Source: a virus
Taxonomy: Duplodnaviria; Caudoviricetes
Virus record (IMG/VR): IMGVR_UViG_3300033485_000049
Location: 1 to 36,875 of that record
Direction: 5' to 3' (one strand)
DNA: 36,875 bases
Part shown: one piece after another, positions 1 to 8,923 of the stretch
Position numbering within the stretch: the first letter of the stretch is position 1
Layout of the letters: each line of letters begins with the position of its first letter
Program-made: the position numbers and the translations under genes
Notes under the pieces: model-generated
What the model was told of the DNA's origin: nothing
What the model saw: the letters and a program-made list of their open reading frames with translations, nothing else
The model's database searches: none

Positions 1-127
1 AGTACACCCTCGAATTAATGTATTAGTAGGTAATGTAGCAACACTTGATAGACCAATTGATAATAGTTATATTATTGGCGATACCATTGAAAAAGCAATT
101 ATTAGTATGAATGTTTTAGGTTCGCTT
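1..127. repeat. Terminal direct repeat, left copy (circularity overlap)
   Basis: 1-127 (agtacaccctcg...ggttcgctt) is identical to 36749-36875. Confidence 0.97.
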
Positions 128-550
128 AATGCTCCTCAATCATTTAAGCTTATCCCAAATATAGGGGAAATTTGGCACATTGAAACTATTACGCTTGATA
201 TGATTCATTCAACGGCAGGAGATAATGGGCTATTTGGTAATTTAGCACCATTGCTCAATGGAGTATGTCTTAGATTTTACAGTGGAACTACTGGCAAGTT
301 TATCACTATTACCAATTGGCACTCAAACAGTGGAATATCCCTTGACATGGGAGGGATTAATTACATAGCACGTTCGGGAGGTGGAGGCTCATACGGCACT
401 AACGCAATAGGTAATTTTAAATTTCAGACGGGTTCGGTAGTTTATATCAATGGAACAGCAGGAGATTATATGGAGTTTCTAATACAAGATAACCTCACTG
501 GGCTTATACAATTCAGGGCTAAGGCTCAGGGTCATACAGAGGGTGCGTAA
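1..550 (+). CDS. 3' part of the junction-spanning putative virion protein
   Basis: ORF 107..550 is the C-terminal 147 aa; Gly/Thr/Asn-rich; lies in the head module. Confidence 0.8.
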   Translation, partial: VHPRINVLVGNVATLDRPIDNSYIIGDTIEKAIISMNVLGSLNAPQSFKLIPNIGEIWHIETITLDMIHSTAGDNGLFGNLAPLLNGVCLRFYSGTTGKFITITNWHSNSGISLDMGGINYIARSGGGGSYGTNAIGNFKFQTGSVVYINGTAGDYMEFLIQDNLTGLIQFRAKAQGHTEGA

Positions 551-1554
551 TGGCTAATATATCAGACGTACTCGCAGACGCTACAATCAGCAGGGCATTA
601 ATATTACAGCGTATAGCGAATGGATTAAGCCGTGACGTAGCGTCACAATACCAGTCTATTATAGACGACATAGTAAAGACCATAAAATCAACCGATAGCG
701 AAATAACCATCCGCAATATGAATAAGCTAATTAAAGAGCTTAAATCAAAAGTAGAAACGGACTTGCCTATCTATCAAGATTTAAACGATTTAGGCATACA
801 AGAAGCAACGTGGGCGGCAACTTCAATTAATACAGCAGTAGGCGTGGATATTGTAAGTAGAATAGCACCCGCATCAGCAATAGAAAAGATCGTCAATACT
901 TCACTTATGGAAGGCGCAACGATTAAATCATGGTTTCAATCACTCGATGCTTCTATGCAAGTTGATTTAGACCGTGCGGTCAAGCTCGGAGTATCTATAG
1001 GTGAAACAACTCCACAAATTGCAAAGCGTGTACAAGATAAGCTATTAATATCAAAGAGTCAAGCGGAAAGCATAACTCGTACTGCTATCGCTACCGTATC
1101 AAATCAGGCACGTGACGCTACTTGGATGGAAAACTCAGAGTTGTTTAAAGGATGGGAGCATTTAAGCGTTTTGGATAATAGAACCTCAACTATATGTGCA
1201 ACTCGTGATGGGGCATATTGGACTTTAGATGGTAAAGGATTAAACGAGAAAGGCAAGAAGTTTAATTTTAGACGACCTCCTTTACATTTTCGTTGTAGAA
1301 GCCTATTATTACCGATACTTAAATCAGGATTAGAGTTAGATATACAAGGAACTCGTGCAACTATGGACGGACAAGTGAGCGCAGATATTACATTCGATAA
1401 GTGGTTTGATAGTAAAGATAAAGCGTTTCAGGAAGAGTTTTTAGGCAAAGGAAGATACAACCTATATAAAAAAGGAACTATCACGTTCAATGATTTAGTA
1501 AATCAAAATGGACGTGAATTAACGCTTAAAGAATTGAAAGAGAAATACTCTTAG
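550..1554 (+). CDS. Minor head / head morphogenesis protein (SPP1 gp7 / Mu F family)
   Basis: Motifs ITRTAIA, HLSVLDNRTSTICATRDG, PPLHFRCRS. Confidence 0.92.
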   Translation: MANISDVLADATISRALILQRIANGLSRDVASQYQSIIDDIVKTIKSTDSEITIRNMNKLIKELKSKVETDLPIYQDLNDLGIQEATWAATSINTAVGVDIVSRIAPASAIEKIVNTSLMEGATIKSWFQSLDASMQVDLDRAVKLGVSIGETTPQIAKRVQDKLLISKSQAESITRTAIATVSNQARDATWMENSELFKGWEHLSVLDNRTSTICATRDGAYWTLDGKGLNEKGKKFNFRRPPLHFRCRSLLLPILKSGLELDIQGTRATMDGQVSADITFDKWFDSKDKAFQEEFLGKGRYNLYKKGTITFNDLVNQNGRELTLKELKEKYS

Positions 1555-1699
1555 CTCTTTCATTCTTATCATGTTGCTTACAGGCATTACAGCAAAACTT
1601 CTGCCCCTTGCGTCCCATTTCAGTTTTGCCACAAATACAAGTGTACTCGTGGGCTTTGGTGTTTTTTGCTTTGCGGGTGTATGTTACTTGTTTGGTCAT
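1526..1699 (-). CDS. Small Cys-rich putative zinc-finger protein
   Basis: MTKQ start overlaps the methylase stop (ATGA); CICG...KFCCNACK motif. Confidence 0.6.
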   Translation of the reverse strand: MTKQVTYTRKAKNTKAHEYTCICGKTEMGRKGQKFCCNACKQHDKNERAKSISLSIL

Positions 1700-2220
1700 T
1701 TTGATAACCAATAATTTTCTAATAAAAAATAATTTCTATCTTTATTTCTTATTCTTCCACCCATACATTTTTCTTTATTACTTCTTCCATCTAAAACTAC
1801 CAACATTGAATCATGCATTCCACATTTGGTAGTGACTTTTTCACCAAATGTATTAATACCTTCAAATTTTACTCTACCCTTCAAGAAACATATCTCTGGG
1901 TTTTGAGGCAATAAAAATTCATGAAATAATTTTGTTGAGGTAGATACGGGAAGAAGAAGTACACATAGCCTACCTTCTTTAGATACTTTGATAGCCTTCT
2001 TTACAAAAGCCTCTTTTACCTTCTTAGAGTATGGGGGGTTTATAAAATTACGATAACCCCATTCTTTTAAAAGACCGTTATTTTCAGGGGTAATTTCTCC
2101 TAATTCAAGAGGGCATGGGTCAAAGTCAAAATTAAACTCACTATCAAGACTTTTGTATAAATATTCTGGTGTAGCCCAGTTGTCGCTATGATCTAAATTT
2201 CTATCCTTCATCTTCTCCAC
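1696..2220 (-). CDS. Phage DNA N6-adenine methyltransferase (phage Dam family)
   Basis: DNWATP, FDFDPCP, NPPY catalytic motif, GRVKF; own TGATATAAT -10 on the minus strand at 2242-2250. Confidence 0.9.
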   Translation of the reverse strand: MEKMKDRNLDHSDNWATPEYLYKSLDSEFNFDFDPCPLELGEITPENNGLLKEWGYRNFINPPYSKKVKEAFVKKAIKVSKEGRLCVLLLPVSTSTKLFHEFLLPQNPEICFLKGRVKFEGINTFGEKVTTKCGMHDSMLVVLDGRSNKEKCMGGRIRNKDRNYFLLENYWLSK

Positions 2221-2305
2221 CTTTTCTTTTTAGATACCGTTATTATATCACGATTTAATTCAAGTGTCAATAGTAAATATACAATTTAGTCAAATTATTT
2301 TTTAG

Positions 2306-2314
2306 TGTTATAAT
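2306..2314 (+). promoter_or_regulatory. Extended -10 promoter (TGTTATAAT) for scaffold/capsid operon
   Basis: Perfect TGnTATAAT with AT-rich upstream region, 54 nt before the scaffold ATG. Confidence 0.7.
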
Positions 2315-2368
2315 TATGCTATGCAATCGTCTGTGACGGTTACAAATTATCCTTTGTGAGGAATACGT

Positions 2369-2953
2369 ATGACACCCGAAGAATTACAAGCGTTGGTCGA
2401 TGAGTTGAAAGCTGAAAAAGAAAGCTTGGCGAATAAAAACAAAGAGCTTTTAAGTGAGGTTAAAAAAGAGCGTACAAAATCGCGTGAGATCGACGCTGAT
2501 AAATACTACGCGATGATTGACGAAGTCGAAAGCGTTAAAGCAGAAAATGCAAAGCTAGTCGGTGAAGTAAAATTGAAGGCTAAAGACTTCGAGAAACTTA
2601 CTGCACAGATTGGCGAGCGTGACGCTTCATTATCCAAACTCTTAATTGAGGATGGTATTACTAATGAATTGGTAAAGTTAAACGTACCAGCACATTATAT
2701 GGATGCGGTCAAAGCGTTACATCGTGGCAGTGCCACACTCAAAGACAATCAAGCTTTCTTAGGTGATAAGCCTTTATCGGAAGCATTGAATGAGTGGGCA
2801 ACTAGCGATGCGGGTAAACCTTTCATCAAAGCCCCTGCCAATTCAGGTGGTGGAGCAGGTGGAAGTAAAGGCGGAGATAACGGTAGCAATATCGATATTA
2901 GTAAAATGACCCCTAACGAAATGATGCGTGCAGGGCGAGAACAAAAAACATAA
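2369..2953 (+). CDS. Capsid scaffolding protein
   Basis: N-terminal coiled coil, Gly-rich SGGGAGGS C-terminal linker, directly upstream of the capsid gene. Confidence 0.85.
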   Translation: MTPEELQALVDELKAEKESLANKNKELLSEVKKERTKSREIDADKYYAMIDEVESVKAENAKLVGEVKLKAKDFEKLTAQIGERDASLSKLLIEDGITNELVKLNVPAHYMDAVKALHRGSATLKDNQAFLGDKPLSEALNEWATSDAGKPFIKAPANSGGGAGGSKGGDNGSNIDISKMTPNEMMRAGREQKT

Positions 2954-2963
2954 GGAGCATTAA

Positions 2964-3869
2964 ATGGCTTTAACTTTACTAGAAGCGGCAAAGCTTAATA
3001 GTGGTGACGTATATAAGGCTGGAGTAATCGCTAAATTCGCTGAAAGTTCAGAGATTTTGCGTATTCTTCCATTTCAAGGTATTCAAGGTAACTCTTTGAA
3101 ATACAACATCGAAGAAACATTGCCAGGCATCGGCTTTCGTGGTGTGAATGGTTCATACACTGAATCAACTGGTATTATCAACCCTAAAACAGAATCGTTG
3201 TCTATCGCAGGTGGAGATTTGGACGTTGATAAATTCATTATCGACACTATGGGTGGTGACCAACGTACAGTACAAGAGGGAATGAAGATTAAAGCCCTTG
3301 CACTTTCATGGACTAAAACATTTGTAAAAGGTGATAGCGAAACTGACCCTACTACATTTGATGGACTTCAAAAACGTCTTACAGGTGATGCGTTGGTGCT
3401 TAACCATGCAAGTGGAGCGGGTCTTTCATTGGCTAAACTCGATGAAGCGATTGATGCAGTAGATGGCGCAAACGCTATTCTTATGAGTAAATCAGTTCGT
3501 CGTCGTTTGACTGTTGCGGCACGTACAACTGCTGTAGGTGGGAACATCACTTACACTATGGATGAGTTCGGTCGCCAAGTGACTATGTATAACGATTTGC
3601 CTATTATCATAGTTGATAAAGATAATACAAACACGGACATTCTTGGATTTACTGAAACTGGTTCAACAACTTCTGTTTATGTAGTTGCTTTCGGCGACGG
3701 TATGGTTCAAGGTCTTGAAAATGGCGGAATGAATGTGCGTGACCTTGGAGAGCTTGATACTAAGCCAGCATTGCGTACTCGTGTTGAGTGGTATAGCGGT
3801 TTTGGTGTATTCGCTCCTCGTTCAGCGGCACGTTTGAAAAACATTACTGACGCAGCAGCGACAGCGTAA
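2964..3869 (+). CDS. Major capsid protein (HK97 fold)
   Basis: MALTLLEAAKL, LPGIGFRGVN, IAGGDLDVDKFI, FDGLQKRL, RTRVEWY; strong AGGAG RBS. Confidence 0.93.
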   Translation: MALTLLEAAKLNSGDVYKAGVIAKFAESSEILRILPFQGIQGNSLKYNIEETLPGIGFRGVNGSYTESTGIINPKTESLSIAGGDLDVDKFIIDTMGGDQRTVQEGMKIKALALSWTKTFVKGDSETDPTTFDGLQKRLTGDALVLNHASGAGLSLAKLDEAIDAVDGANAILMSKSVRRRLTVAARTTAVGGNITYTMDEFGRQVTMYNDLPIIIVDKDNTNTDILGFTETGSTTSVYVVAFGDGMVQGLENGGMNVRDLGELDTKPALRTRVEWYSGFGVFAPRSAARLKNITDAAATA

Positions 3870-3878
3870 GGGGATAAC

Positions 3879-4271
3879 ATGGCAAATAAAACTTATGACA
3901 CTTTAGGTCTAATCGTTTCAGGAGAAGCAGTTACTACAACTGCGTCTTGTACAGGTGCGAATATCGCAGGTCTTAATATTGGTTCAGCTTCTTACGTTGC
4001 TGTAATCAACACTGGTGCTGTAACTGGTACAGTTGATGGTTCAAACTATTACACAGTACAGTTACAAGGTTCTGATTTGGTAGGAGGCACTTACTATAAC
4101 ATTGGTAATGCTGTAACACTTCCTGCAACGGCGGCACAGTTCCAAATCGGGTTTACTTCTGAGCAATTAGAAGATCAACTCGCAGGGATTGATTTCTTCC
4201 GTGTGACTTGTACCAAAACAGGTACAACAGCGGTCGCCACTTCTTACACTGCATTTATCTCTAAGATTTAA
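3879..4271 (+). CDS. Putative capsid decoration / minor virion protein
   Basis: 130 aa, Thr/Ala/Gly-rich, immediately after the capsid gene. Confidence 0.6.
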   Translation: MANKTYDTLGLIVSGEAVTTTASCTGANIAGLNIGSASYVAVINTGAVTGTVDGSNYYTVQLQGSDLVGGTYYNIGNAVTLPATAAQFQIGFTSEQLEDQLAGIDFFRVTCTKTGTTAVATSYTAFISKI

Positions 4272-4275
4272 TCTA

Positions 4276-4295
4276 ATGCCCACTTCGGTGGGTAT
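4276..4295 (+). terminator. Stem-loop with cUUCGg tetraloop after the capsid/decoration genes (terminator-like or stabilising)
   Basis: atgcccac-ttcg-gtgggtat; weak U tract; overlaps a TATAAT at 4293. Confidence 0.55.
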
Positions 4296-4325
4296 AATTA
4301 TCAAATCAAAACATAGGAGCATTAC

Positions 4326-4478
4326 ATGACATTAGTTTACGACGCAACGGGCAAAGAGTTTAAAGTTCCTTACGCTATCGACGTTAAAGGATGGCTTGAC
4401 GCTGGTTACACGCTTGAAAAGCCCGAAGAAAAGAAAACACGTAAGACTAAAGAAGTAACGGATACTGAATTAGTTTAA
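4326..4478 (+). CDS. Small 50-aa head-module protein (absent from ORF track)
   Basis: AGGAGCATTACATG start; MTLVYDATGKEFKVPYAIDVKGWLDAGYTLEKPEEKKTRKTKEVTDTELV. Confidence 0.75.
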   Translation: MTLVYDATGKEFKVPYAIDVKGWLDAGYTLEKPEEKKTRKTKEVTDTELV

Positions 4479-4501
4479 TTATTTATCTACAAGGAATTAC
4501 T

Positions 4502-4609
4502 ATGAATTGGTTAAAAGAAAAACGAGATATTACAAACGCAGAGTTTTATTTTATTCACTTTGCATTATTAGCAACAAATATTATTATTACAATAACAAGA
4601 GGATTATAA
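4502..4609 (+). CDS. 35-aa single-TM peptide
   Basis: AAGGA RBS; MNWLKEKRDITNAEFYFIHFALLATNIIITITRGL; stop abuts the next ATG. Confidence 0.5.
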   Translation: MNWLKEKRDITNAEFYFIHFALLATNIIITITRGL

Positions 4610-4610
4610 T

Positions 4611-5066
4611 ATGATAGTCGTTGAAGATGGTACAGGCTTAAGCACCGCTCAATCATACGTAGATACTACATTTGTTAATGCTTATTTTGCGCTTCGTGGT
4701 GTAACATTTACCTCAACCGATGCAAACATTATCAACGCTATGGATTACTTTGAGGCTACATACTCCCAAAGTTGGAAAGGCGAAAAGCTTGTGTCTACTC
4801 AGGCGTTGTCATTTCCTCGCTTGATTGATGGCGTTAATACGTATCCAGTGCAAGTTAAAAATGCTATTTGTGAATTAGCATACAAAGCTAGTACGGCAAC
4901 ACTTCTGCCTGACCCATCGCAAGCGGTTAAGCGTGAGAAAGTGGACGTTATTGAAGTGGAGTATCAAGACTTTACAAGCGCCACTACAAGCTACTCTCTC
5001 GTTAATGCGATGATTATGCCTTGGTTAAATGCAAGTGGTAGCGTACATACTGTTTTACGTTCGTGA
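4611..5066 (+). CDS. Head-tail adaptor (DnaT-like domain family)
   Basis: IVVEDGTGL..AQSYV, WKG...QALSFPR, VKREKVDVIEVEY motifs. Confidence 0.85.
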   Translation: MIVVEDGTGLSTAQSYVDTTFVNAYFALRGVTFTSTDANIINAMDYFEATYSQSWKGEKLVSTQALSFPRLIDGVNTYPVQVKNAICELAYKASTATLLPDPSQAVKREKVDVIEVEYQDFTSATTSYSLVNAMIMPWLNASGSVHTVLRS

Positions 5067-5104
5067 TATAATCATACTATTAAAAACAACACAAGGAGCA
5101 TTAC

Positions 5105-5455
5105 ATGGCTACGATCGCAGCAACAAATATTAAAGGCGGTGGAGTAAAAACCATTACTGAAACAACACTAACGGGTACACTTGACACGTTCACATATCGC
5201 TCAGGAGTAAGACAAACACTTATTTTTCGTAATGCAACAGCGGGTGCATTAACTCCAGTTATCGATGGGGCAAGTTCTTCAACGGTATCAATTAACGGTA
5301 TTGGTTCAATCGATGTATCGGCTGGTTATGCAATCGGTTCAATCGCAGCGGGAGCAGTTAAGTCAATCAATACAGAGGAAATCTTCGAGTATCTACGTGG
5401 TACTATCGCTATTACAGGTGGAGTCGGACTTGTAGCTACTCTTTTAGAGGCTTAA
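5105..5455 (+). CDS. Virion structural protein of unknown role
   Basis: Strong RBS, own TGATATAAT at 5064-5072, Thr/Gly/Ala-rich. Confidence 0.65.
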   Translation: MATIAATNIKGGGVKTITETTLTGTLDTFTYRSGVRQTLIFRNATAGALTPVIDGASSSTVSINGIGSIDVSAGYAIGSIAAGAVKSINTEEIFEYLRGTIAITGGVGLVATLLEA

Positions 5456-5459
5456 TACT

Positions 5460-5804
5460 ATGGCGGATAAATTCGATTACAGCCGATTATCCGCCACTTC
5501 TGTGCGTTTAATTAATCGTTTTGGTAAAACAATTTCAAAGCGCACTATCACAAATTCAGGCACAGAGTGGAGTCCAACACAGGTTAATGTTGATACTCCT
5601 ATTGATGGGGTAGTAGTGGCGTACGGACTTAATGAAATCGATGGTACTTTGATACTTTCAAGTGATAAGAAATTATTAACAACCTCATTGGTTACCACTG
5701 CTGATAAAATAGTTGATAGCGCAATCGCTTATAGTGTTATTTCTGTATCGGTAGTCGAGCCAGCTAGTACAGCATTATTATATAAAGTACAGTTGCGAGT
5801 ATGA
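5460..5804 (+). CDS. Head-closure (stopper) protein
   Basis: RLINRFG, EIDGTLILSSDKKLL, LYKVQLR motifs; position in module. Confidence 0.75.
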   Translation: MADKFDYSRLSATSVRLINRFGKTISKRTITNSGTEWSPTQVNVDTPIDGVVVAYGLNEIDGTLILSSDKKLLTTSLVTTADKIVDSAIAYSVISVSVVEPASTALLYKVQLRV

Positions 5805-6175
5805 GTTTTGCAAGCGGGATAAGTGGATATGCCAAGCGAACTGGGTTAAGTATTGATAATGCGGTAGTGGCAATTTGTACGCAAGCATCAGTTAATATCA
5901 TTAAGCGTAGCCCTGTAAAAACGGGCAGGTTTAGAGGGGCATGGTTTGCAAGTATTAATGATATATCAACACAAACAAGTGAAACGCGTACAGAGAATGA
6001 AGCTATATCAGATGCAATACTAAAAGCTCAAAAGGCAAGCGGAGCTATTTTTATGCTCACAAACAATCTACCATATGGAAAAAATCTTGAATATGGAAGC
6101 TCAAAACAAGCCCCCGCTGGTATGGTTCGGATTACAGTTGAGGAAATATCAACATCACTAAAGGCTTTTAAATGA
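5801..6175 (+). CDS. HK97 gp10-like neck/tail completion protein
   Basis: SPVKTGRFRGAW, NNLPYGKNLEYGSSKQAPAGMVR. Confidence 0.88.
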   Translation: MSFASGISGYAKRTGLSIDNAVVAICTQASVNIIKRSPVKTGRFRGAWFASINDISTQTSETRTENEAISDAILKAQKASGAIFMLTNNLPYGKNLEYGSSKQAPAGMVRITVEEISTSLKAFK

Positions 6176-6567
6176 CAACCGAAACAATCCTAACAAGCGT
6201 ATTTACCAAACTATCCACAATCAGCGGATTACCTAAAATCTTTTACCCAAATATTACCTATACCACTATTCCCTATGAATACATAGCCGTGTACGTTATT
6301 CCTGCACCCACTGAGAGCATTTCAATCGACGGATGCGAGTATCAGTACGGAATTATCCAAATCGACGCTGTGACGCTTGACGGTATCGGTGCTATCAATG
6401 CTTCAAAGTTAGCAGATAAGATTATCACGGCTTTTAAAGTCGGTACAGTCATTGCAACGGGGTTAACAGTTAATAAGCCAAGCTATGCAAGCGGGGGGAT
6501 GAATGATGGATCGGGTCATTATAAAATAGCTGTCACTATCCGCTATAAATGCTACTCTAAAGATTAG
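6172..6567 (+). CDS. Tail terminator-like protein
   Basis: IFYPN, YGIIQIDAV, ADKIITAF, VTIRY pattern; precedes the tail tube gene. Confidence 0.72.
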   Translation: MTTETILTSVFTKLSTISGLPKIFYPNITYTTIPYEYIAVYVIPAPTESISIDGCEYQYGIIQIDAVTLDGIGAINASKLADKIITAFKVGTVIATGLTVNKPSYASGGMNDGSGHYKIAVTIRYKCYSKD

Positions 6568-7448
6568 ACCGTATATCCTAAAACGTCAATTGAGAAAAGT
6601 TCTGTATTTCCTTTACGGAGTAGCTTTTCCCCTTTATACTTAAACTTCTTATATTCTTTTAATATCCTTCTCTCTTCAATATATGCCTCCAACCCATTTT
6701 CATATTCTTTTATAAAAATAATTTCAACATTATTAAGTTCACTTTTTATATATCTTTCCCCTACACTTCTATTTGTTATTCCTATTTTAAAAGCCTTGCC
6801 ATTACATATGGATAAATAGTATAAATATCCTTTCTTATTTTTATCATATGATCCCTTCTTAGTTGTCATATGTGACATTAATTCTTTATCTAAATTTAGT
6901 CTTAAAATAGCAGAATATGCCTTTTTATTATTTTTATATAATTCTGACTTATCTGTACATTTAGACGATATATCTTTTAATTTATCATATGTCCATTCTT
7001 CATGTTGGTAATTCATATGAGAACATACATCATCTAATATTTTATATCCCCTAGCAGACATATAAGCCTTATTATTTCCTAATTCAAATTCTTTTCTAGT
7101 ATTATATTTTTTTGCTTCACTATATATTTCTTCTTTTGTCCATTTCTTTTTAATAATATCCATATGAACACATATTGAATTTAAAAATTCTTTCCCCCTA
7201 TATTTAGCAGAATAATAAGCATTACTATTTTTTTGAAATTCATATCTACTTTTATATTTTAATGCTTCATTTTTACATTCATCATCGCTCCAAGCTGGTT
7301 TAATACCTGACGCCATATGTAAACATACTTCATCAATTATTTTATGTCTAAGTGCATAGTTATAAGCAGCTCCATCGATTAGTTTAAATTCTGATCTTGT
7401 TTGGTATGATAGTGCCTTATTAGCAACAATTTCATGAGTATTTTTCAT
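6564..7448 (-). CDS. Free-standing GIY-YIG-superfamily endonuclease with N-terminal tandem helical repeats
   Basis: Four ~47-aa repeats (A-K-Y-xxR-xEF...AY...ICxHM) followed by GYLYYL...FKIGIT...ERY...E...GNTELF; very AT-rich; antisense to the late operon. Confidence 0.75.
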   Translation of the reverse strand: MKNTHEIVANKALSYQTRSEFKLIDGAAYNYALRHKIIDEVCLHMASGIKPAWSDDECKNEALKYKSRYEFQKNSNAYYSAKYRGKEFLNSICVHMDIIKKKWTKEEIYSEAKKYNTRKEFELGNNKAYMSARGYKILDDVCSHMNYQHEEWTYDKLKDISSKCTDKSELYKNNKKAYSAILRLNLDKELMSHMTTKKGSYDKNKKGYLYYLSICNGKAFKIGITNRSVGERYIKSELNNVEIIFIKEYENGLEAYIEERRILKEYKKFKYKGEKLLRKGNTELFSIDVLGYTV

Positions 7449-7522
7449 ATGTTATAATTCCTAGTGAGTATAAATTCCAGCGCTGGGATATTATATATCT
7501 ACTATACTTAAAGGAAAATAAT

Positions 7523-8014
7523 ATGATTTCTATCACAGAGTCACAAGGTACAACAGCAACATTAGTCGCTACCACAGTAGCAACAACAACCGCAGCTGAT
7601 ATTCTAACCGCTATCGCAGGTGGTAAATCTATCGGGTGTGTGCAAAATATCGGGGATGTAACTACGTCTCGTAACGTACAGCAATATTCTTGCTTAAGCT
7701 CTTCAGAGGTCGCAAAATCATTAGGTTCATTGCAACTTCCAAGTATTACAATGGATCTATTGTTTGGAGCTGCTGATGCAACTGGACAAGCTGATCTTCG
7801 TTCTATGTATTCAACAAATACACGCCGTAAGTTAATTTTGGCTTTGAATGACAAACCAACGGGTACACTTACAAACCCTACTTACATTACTTTTGAAGTT
7901 GGAGTAAGTACTGACGGAGTATCTATTACAATCGATAATGCTGTAATGTATAAAGCAGTTTTAGAGATTTGTTCTGTACCAGTAATGATTCTTGCGGCTG
8001 TTACGACACCGTAA
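7523..8014 (+). CDS. Major tail (tube) protein
   Basis: IGCVQNIGDV...KSLGS...GQADLR pattern; lies between tail terminator and chaperone genes. Confidence 0.78.
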   Translation: MISITESQGTTATLVATTVATTTAADILTAIAGGKSIGCVQNIGDVTTSRNVQQYSCLSSSEVAKSLGSLQLPSITMDLLFGAADATGQADLRSMYSTNTRRKLILALNDKPTGTLTNPTYITFEVGVSTDGVSITIDNAVMYKAVLEICSVPVMILAAVTTP

Positions 8015-8846
8015 CTATATAGTTTAGAGGCATTGCCTCTTTACTAACTATCCATCCTTTATACTGCTTATTTCTTCCCCTAACCATAGCATTAAAACAG
8101 TTTATATCGAATCTATACATATTACATATTTTAAATTTATCACATATAATAATTTCTCCATTAATATGAATAAATTTATAGATAGAATTATCTTTATTTA
8201 TAGGAGTTCTACCTTGCAATGATTTAGATATATTTGCTTTAGTTTGGTTGCTAAGCTTTTTTCCTATTTGCCAATTACTCATTTTAGCTTTTGTTTCGTC
8301 ACTATGTTTTCTTCCAGTGCTTGCAATAGTAATTTTATCAATAGTTGATTTACTTAATTTCTTTCCTATTTGAGAAGAACCTATCTTTTTATTATGCTCA
8401 TCTGTTCTAATGTGTAATTTTAGAGAATCACTTATTTTTAATCTATATTCATCGGTAAATATTTTATTCCTAGACCCATATAGTAATGCCTTCTTATGAT
8501 CTTCAGTTAATTTTTTACCTTTATGTATAGCACTCATTTTTAGTCTAACTTCTTTAGTAGGGTTATACATTCCGTCCCCGCCATCTGTCATATTGCATAA
8601 TAATATTCCTAATGCTTTATATCTTCTTATTTCCTCTACTTCAATATCATAAGCATCTTTTTCGCATAGAAAATTATGAGTAATATCTATAATTGGATGA
8701 CCATATTTTTCGCATAATCTTTTCCAATATGAATTTCTACTTTTTGATTTATACCTTTTATTTTTACCCTTACCAATATAAATAACACCATTGTTAAATG
8801 TATGTTTATACACATAAAAGATATTATTTGAGTGATTTTCTAACAT
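8001..8846 (-). CDS. Free-standing GIY-YIG homing endonuclease with NUMOD3 repeats
   Basis: FYVYKH...YIGKG...R...E...LCNMTDGGDG followed by NUMOD3-like repeats (GRKHSDETKAKMS). Confidence 0.88.
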   Translation of the reverse strand: MLENHSNNIFYVYKHTFNNGVIYIGKGKNKRYKSKSRNSYWKRLCEKYGHPIIDITHNFLCEKDAYDIEVEEIRRYKALGILLCNMTDGGDGMYNPTKEVRLKMSAIHKGKKLTEDHKKALLYGSRNKIFTDEYRLKISDSLKLHIRTDEHNKKIGSSQIGKKLSKSTIDKITIASTGRKHSDETKAKMSNWQIGKKLSNQTKANISKSLQGRTPINKDNSIYKFIHINGEIIICDKFKICNMYRFDINCFNAMVRGRNKQYKGWIVSKEAMPLNYIVTVS

Positions 8847-8852
8847 TGCAGA

Positions 8853-8923
8853 TCCCCCGATCTATGTGATTATTATTGAGGATACCGATCGGGGGAGATA
8901 AATACCCTCAATAAGTATCACAT
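8853..8923 (-). promoter_or_regulatory. Predicted SD-sequestering pseudoknot leader of the GIY-YIG/NUMOD3 gene
   Basis: Stem arms 8864-8886 / 8901-8923; loop 8887-8896 complementary to SD region 8853-8862; TATAAT at 8931-8936 on the minus strand. Confidence 0.75.

Noticed and set aside
6564-8846. Group I introns hosting the endonucleases
   Set aside because: The flanking genes appear intact and separate, the ORFs are antisense, and there is too little non-coding sequence for a ribozyme core
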